In this document: positions 59,358-64,000 of the stretch, piece after piece
How the letters are laid out: the number at the start of each line of letters is the position of its first letter
Position numbering within the stretch: position 1 is the stretch's first letter
NCBI GenBank assembly: GCA_049521795.1
Contig: JBEKOM010000001.1
Coordinates: forward strand, 96,001 to 160,000
Source: Candidatus Bathyarchaeia archaeon
GTDB lineage: Archaea; Thermoproteota; Bathyarchaeia; Bathyarchaeales; Bathycorpusculaceae
Reading direction: 5' to 3'
DNA: 64,000 bases
Program-made: the position numbers and the translations under genes
Notes under the pieces: model-generated
Told to the model about the DNA's origin: nothing
Databases searched by the model: none
What the model saw: only the letters and a program-made list of their open reading frames with translations

Positions 59358-59786
59358 ATGGAGGCTAACGATCAAGCTCCCCAACAAGAATTGAAGAATG
59401 ATGAGGAGCCATGGTTAGAAGACTCTGGACAACAATGGGAGGAAGAACAAGCGGAACCGAAGTCTGAAGATGAAACCATGGTAACGGTGAAAGAGGAGAA
59501 AGACCCACCTTGCGAAAGCGGCAAGCTCAACGTTAAGCAAAACAAGAGAGGCGAGACAAACGTTTTTGTCAACGGACTCTCAGTGGGATTAGGAATTGGA
59601 TGCATCGTCACCTTCGTCATAATGTGGCTTGCAGTGTTCTTCTCTCCACAGTTGCCGTCAGGAGCGACGTATCAAACCATGCTCTCAATATTCATTTATC
59701 CAATGGTCTATTTGTTGGCAGTAGGCCTAATTGCTCTAACAGCGGGCATCGTAAGAGAATATTATGTCCCTAGAGTCAACGGATAG
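59358..59786 (+). CDS. Hypothetical membrane protein with acidic N-terminus
   Basis: Acidic low-complexity N-terminus plus two TM segments. Confidence 0.65.
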   Translation: MEANDQAPQQELKNDEEPWLEDSGQQWEEEQAEPKSEDETMVTVKEEKDPPCESGKLNVKQNKRGETNVFVNGLSVGLGIGCIVTFVIMWLAVFFSPQLPSGATYQTMLSIFIYPMVYLLAVGLIALTAGIVREYYVPRVNG

Positions 59787-59861
59787 ACACCAAGATCTGC
59801 CTTTGCCTATCTTGGCGTTCAATAGACTATCAGAGCAATCTGCAATTCACATAACATAAGG

Positions 59862-60623
59862 TTAGAAGGTGTATTTGTCGCCTTGGGAGAGGATGCGTTC
59901 TAGGGCTGTGTTGAAATTTGTTATTCCGTCATTCGTGCTGGCTGAAACAGGAATCAAAGGAAACCTTAGTCCGAGCTTGTAAATCGCTTGCATCACGCTT
60001 CTACTCAGTAAGCGTCTTGTCCCTTCAAGTTTCTGTTCAATAGCGTTGGATAGAGCATCCTGGCTGGTCGACCAGTCGACGATTTTGTTGACCTCCTCTT
60101 TCGGAAGCAGGTCGCATTTCGAAAGCAGATACAGTTGAGGTAACATAAACCTGTTGTAGACTGCTGACGAGAGAAAGAGATTTGAAACGTAGTTAAGCGG
60201 GTTGACCGAGAAAACGGCGTCGAACAGGTAGACTATTGCTCTGGGCCCCTTTGTAAGTTCGTTAGCGATGTAGGGTCCACTCGCTCGGAAAGCGAACAGC
60301 TCCATCTGTCCCGAAGTGTCGACCAGAACGATATCGGAGTGTAACTCTTCAATCTCCTTCGAAATCTCTTCAACCTGGTCTGCAATCAGGTCAGCGGCCA
60401 TTATCAGAGCGCCGTTTGGGCCCAGTTGATAATCCTCCATCAATTTTCCAACATCAATGTAGTCGCGAACATCGATTTCCGGCGAATATGGAAGTACAGA
60501 CACGCCTGGGTCCAAGTTGACGATTGAAACGTCCTGTTTAGACATCTTCAGCCAATCGCCAAATGCGGCTGTGAGTCTAGTCTTTCCAGACCCAGCAGTT
60601 CCTATTATGAAAACCATAGACAT
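59862..60623 (-). CDS. GPN-loop GTPase
   Basis: GTAGSGKT, VNLDPG, LGPNGA, DT.GQME.F, SKCD. Confidence 0.93.
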   Translation of the reverse strand: MSMVFIIGTAGSGKTRLTAAFGDWLKMSKQDVSIVNLDPGVSVLPYSPEIDVRDYIDVGKLMEDYQLGPNGALIMAADLIADQVEEISKEIEELHSDIVLVDTSGQMELFAFRASGPYIANELTKGPRAIVYLFDAVFSVNPLNYVSNLFLSSAVYNRFMLPQLYLLSKCDLLPKEEVNKIVDWSTSQDALSNAIEQKLEGTRRLLSRSVMQAIYKLGLRFPLIPVSASTNDGITNFNTALERILSQGDKYTF

Positions 60624-60755
60624 GTTTCGCTGGTCTCCATCCACGTTTTGATTGCGTGCTTAAGCTGCCAAACCTGGGTCTTCAAGTATAAGCCTTTTCC
60701 GTTCAAAAACAACATCTCTTAGCAAAGATTTCTTGCTTCACTATCCTCTTGCTGA

Positions 60756-61548
60756 TCAGATCTTCACAAGTTCTTTTTCTCTGCAACTGAATCTGCACGC
60801 CTCGGCATAGCCGACCTTCTTAGCAAGTCTCACGGCTTCTTCAAGATTTTTCCAAGTCGTTCGGCTTATGGGCGTCTGAACCAAAGACTATGGGAACATC
60901 GTGATCGTGAAGTATTTTCAAGAATTGTTCACTCGGATAGATCTCTCGACAAGGTCTGTTCAACCCGCTTGCGTTGATCTCCGCACACATGTTGGACCTT
61001 GCAATCGTCTCTGCCGTGTTCTCGTAGATCTGGGTCAGATCTTCCTCCGGCCTGATGCCAAAGATCTTGATCAGGTCAGGATGGCCTAGAACATCGAACA
61101 GCCTGCTTGCGCACATTGCACTGACAAGTCTGAAATACTCCTCGTAGACTTGGAAAGGACCTCTTCTTGAGTACTCATCCTTCGTTAAAGGATCGTCAAC
61201 TAGCCAATCACCGATCACGTGAACAGACCCTATCACGTAGTCAAAAGGATACTTGCGAAGAAACGCTCCCGTTTTCCCAATTGAGTCGGGAAAAAAGTCC
61301 ACCTCGGCGCCCAGTTTGACCGGCATTTCCACTTTCTTTTTGAAAGCCAAGAAGTTTCTAACGTAAGCAGGCATTGCATTGACGAGGAAATCTGGATAGC
61401 CATCGAGATGCCGCAGAAAAATGTGATCTGAGAAACCTACTTCTTCAACCTTTTTCTGTTCAGCCCTTCTCACGTACTCTTTCATGCTTCCCTCAGCGTC
61501 TGGCGAAGCCTTAGTGTGAACATGATAATCCGCGACCGTTGTACCCAC
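60756..61548 (-). CDS. PHP-family histidinol-phosphatase-like protein; C-terminus frameshifted near 60847-60853
   Basis: DYHVHT, FSDH, DYVIGSVH, GHPDL, EIN.SG, GSDAH.P; the expected tail LEEAVRLAKKVGY continues in another frame to TGA at 60756. Confidence 0.85.
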
Positions 61549-61555
61549 CTCTTCT

Positions 61556-62389
61556 CTACTTCGCCTTGCTGACTCTTCCGCCGTTCTCCACTACCAGTTC
61601 TGACAGCTGAGTTATCGCCTGGGCCAACCGGGACTTAGCGGTATCTGAGTCCTCTGCCGTTGTGGAGAAGTGAAGCTCTATATGGGATCTTCTTCCTTCA
61701 ACCTGTGGATGCGACTTCGTGAAAACGTGCGATTTTATATAAACATCAGGATTACCGTGCATAGCCTTGTCAATCAGTGGCGCCAGGCTCGACTCCATTA
61801 CGCCGTTGACGTAGATGCTTGCTTCAAAAAAGGCATTTTTCCCCGCGTCCCTCTTGAGCATGGGTACTACTGACTCCTCAAAAATGGCCTCCATTTCAGG
61901 GGGAACGCCGGGCAAGGCTATCAAGAACGTCCCATCAACACTCGCAACCATTCCTGGGGCGGTGCCAACAGAATTGTGCAGCGGTTTTGTATTCTCTGGA
62001 AACGTTGCCATTTTGACTCTTGCAGGGGTCAACTCAACCTTCTCTATTCTTCCTTCATTCAGAAGGGCCTCATATTTTCCTCTGACCAACTTCAGGGCTT
62101 CATCATTGACTTCAAGCTTCCGCCTGAAACCTTTGGCAATTCCTTTGAGCGTCTTGTCGTCAAAAGTCGGGCCGAGTCCACCCGTTGTTATTATGAAACG
62201 TGGCTTGCGTCTAAGAGACTCGCGCATCGCGCTGGCAATTTCATCAACGTCGTCGCCTACGACTGTTATTCTGTGGACAGTTACTCCCAGAGTGGTGGCA
62301 CGCTTGGCTAGCCATTGAGCGTTCGTGTTCAAGGTTTTGCCGATCAACAACTCGTTGCCAACGCAGACTATTTCCATCTGGACGCTCAT
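61556..62389 (-). CDS. CinA-N / molybdopterin-binding-domain protein
   Basis: VGNELLIG.T.NTN, TGGLGPT.DD.T, GTAPG, LPGVP.EM. Confidence 0.9.
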   Translation of the reverse strand: MSVQMEIVCVGNELLIGKTLNTNAQWLAKRATTLGVTVHRITVVGDDVDEIASAMRESLRRKPRFIITTGGLGPTFDDKTLKGIAKGFRRKLEVNDEALKLVRGKYEALLNEGRIEKVELTPARVKMATFPENTKPLHNSVGTAPGMVASVDGTFLIALPGVPPEMEAIFEESVVPMLKRDAGKNAFFEASIYVNGVMESSLAPLIDKAMHGNPDVYIKSHVFTKSHPQVEGRRSHIELHFSTTAEDSDTAKSRLAQAITQLSELVVENGGRVSKAK

Positions 62390-62484
62390 TCAAGACTTCT
62401 CCGCTGCTTGAGCGATTTATTGAAAAGCCGTTCATTCTTTTATGCTGTTTGCTGACTTTCTTCATGAAAAGCTGAGGGCCCGTT

Positions 62485-62691
62485 CTATTTCTTCTTGCTC
62501 AAGTACCATTTCAGGTATTCTTTCTTCTGCTTCTGACGCTCTTCTTCCGCAGACTCCATGTTGGGTCTGAGTTTTTCCCTCAGTTCCATCAGTTCCTGCT
62601 GCGTCACAGAGAGCCCACAGCTCTTGCACACATAGTGCTTAGTGGCTATCATGTACTGCATTTCGCCGCCACATTCGGGACAATATGTCAT
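62485..62691 (-). CDS. Zinc-ribbon protein
   Basis: CPECGG.M......YVC.SCG; C-terminal EYL.WYL.KK. Confidence 0.8.
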   Translation of the reverse strand: MTYCPECGGEMQYMIATKHYVCKSCGLSVTQQELMELREKLRPNMESAEEERQKQKKEYLKWYLSKKK

Positions 62692-62764
62692 TCTCGTTCA
62701 CTCGTTTCTGCGTCTAGAAATGAGGGCAGCTTGAGAAATACGTTTCGCTCTCGAAGAAGCAACT

Positions 62765-63856
62765 TCACGTTATGAAGTTTGTCAGATTTGCCTTCTTGGC
62801 CAGTTGAATAGCTCGGTCCATCTCGGCGCTTCTTAGCCTCCTACTTAAGTCTGGAAGCTCGCATGCACGCCACTCCGGTCTGTACTGGAACATGACGTTG
62901 ACCCTCGTTTCAGCGCCCAGATTCTCCGCTATCCAATTGATGATCGGCTTTGCACAGCACTCTAGATGATTTGGCAAGACAAGGATGCGCACCACGAGTT
63001 CTCCGAATCTCTTACCCTCCAAGTGATTGGAAGTACAAACTTCCCAGTAGCTCTGAGCGTCAGAGATCTTTTCTGCACAATCTCCCGGTCCGTATTTGAA
63101 ATCTGACAAGTAAACGTCGGCAAAGCCTGCTAACAGCTTGGCCGTCTCTGGGCTGTAATACGTGTTTGAGTTCCAGACAACCGGGACGTTGACGTCAACA
63201 CGCTTGAACGTGCCGAGCCATTGTTGAAGCCAAGGCGTTGGTTCTCCGCCTACGAGATTGATGTTCCTGCAACCGTTTAGGCGCAGTTGCTTCACCTCTT
63301 CGGCTAACGCGTCCAGCTCGTAGACTTCGCCTCTCTCCTCCCATTGAGAGATCGTCCAGTTTTGGCAGTGCTTGCAACGCATCGTGCAGCCCATCGTGAA
63401 AACGGTTCCTGAAGGCACAAGTTCAGGCTCTTCGCCCGTGTGCTCAAAAATGCTTGAAACCGCAATCTTTGAACCGCATCGACAATAGCCCAGCTGCCCC
63501 CTCCGCCTGTTGACCTGACACTTGCGTGTGCAAAAGTGGCAGGAAAGCAGAATTCTGTTTGCGATTTCAATTTTCAGGTCAAGATAAGACTTAATTGGAG
63601 TCGGCATCTTCGCCAGGCTTTGGTGGCTACAGTCAATTTCTTTTTCGATTTCGCAAAACTCTTGAGTGAGGCTTGCGTGTTTTTGCCAGAGCGTCTCAGT
63701 TGAATCGTTTTTACTGAATTCTGCGGGAAGCTTTTTGGCGATGGCGAATTTTGCAGGCTTCTCATTCTGCATGACGGCGAAGTATCTGGCCAGACTTTTC
63801 TTTGCTGATTCATCTCGGAGAACGGCAAGGGCATCTGGGCGAAGATGTCTCCACAT
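62765..63856 (-). CDS. Radical SAM protein, PflX-like
   Basis: C.FC.RKC.VNR, H.GEEPEL.PSGT.F, CTMRCKHCQNW.ISQ (CxxxCxxC), DFKYG. Confidence 0.9.
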   Translation of the reverse strand: MWRHLRPDALAVLRDESAKKSLARYFAVMQNEKPAKFAIAKKLPAEFSKNDSTETLWQKHASLTQEFCEIEKEIDCSHQSLAKMPTPIKSYLDLKIEIANRILLSCHFCTRKCQVNRRRGQLGYCRCGSKIAVSSIFEHTGEEPELVPSGTVFTMGCTMRCKHCQNWTISQWEERGEVYELDALAEEVKQLRLNGCRNINLVGGEPTPWLQQWLGTFKRVDVNVPVVWNSNTYYSPETAKLLAGFADVYLSDFKYGPGDCAEKISDAQSYWEVCTSNHLEGKRFGELVVRILVLPNHLECCAKPIINWIAENLGAETRVNVMFQYRPEWRACELPDLSRRLRSAEMDRAIQLAKKANLTNFIT

Positions 63857-63889
63857 TTCTAGTCAGTCTTACTCTGCGCTTTGGATTTG

Positions 63890-64000
63890 TCAGAACAGGG
63901 CATAGGGAAGCGAGTGTCCGCTTGGGTGCAATGTACCCTTGATCGGGACGCTTTGTCCGCAGACGGGACAGCGCATGTCCTTGGTCAGATTCCACCGCGT
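63890..64000 (-). CDS. 3' end of a CDS truncated by the window edge, possibly an AmrS-like radical SAM enzyme
   Basis: Manual translation TRWNLTKDMRCPVCGQSVPIKGTLHPSGHSLPYALF*; terminal CP.CG..I motif. Confidence 0.5.
   Translation of the reverse strand, partial: TRWNLTKDMRCPVCGQSVPIKGTLHPSGHSLPYALF

Noticed and set aside
61700-61745. KSHVFTKSHP apparent 18-nt duplication in the CinA-like gene as a second intron
   Set aside because: It is in frame with no stop, and I could not fold a BHB around it; more likely a small tandem duplication.

Overview
Archaeal chromosomal window. Gene content (thermosome, proteasome beta, KEOPS kae1/bud32, TFE-beta, rps26e, FEN1, Cdc48, GPN GTPase, arcadin-1-like protein) points to the TACK group, most plausibly Bathyarchaeia; this taxonomic call is an inference. 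Bases ~1-3650 are the AT-richer tail of an accessory/defence island: an N6-adenine MTase fused to a specificity domain, two convergent Cren7-like zinc-ribbon genes, and a GHKL-ATPase + STAS-like pair. The rest is mostly housekeeping. The main discovery is in the pcm gene (protein-L-isoaspartate O-methyltransferase). It is interrupted inside its conserved SAPHM motif by a 30-nt insert containing a stop codon, and the insert folds into a canonical bulge-helix-bulge. Cutting at the standard archaeal splicing-endonuclease positions (intron 47875-47904) restores the frame and the P-H-M motif exactly, so this is a candidate tRNA-type intron in an mRNA. Other observations are two genes (rpoK, korC) that appear to start at ACG in the same GAAAACG context, two single-base homopolymer frameshifts (nfo, PHP phosphatase), and several operator-like repeats. 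No tRNA, rRNA, CRISPR array or transposase was recognised. All family calls are by eye, without database searches.
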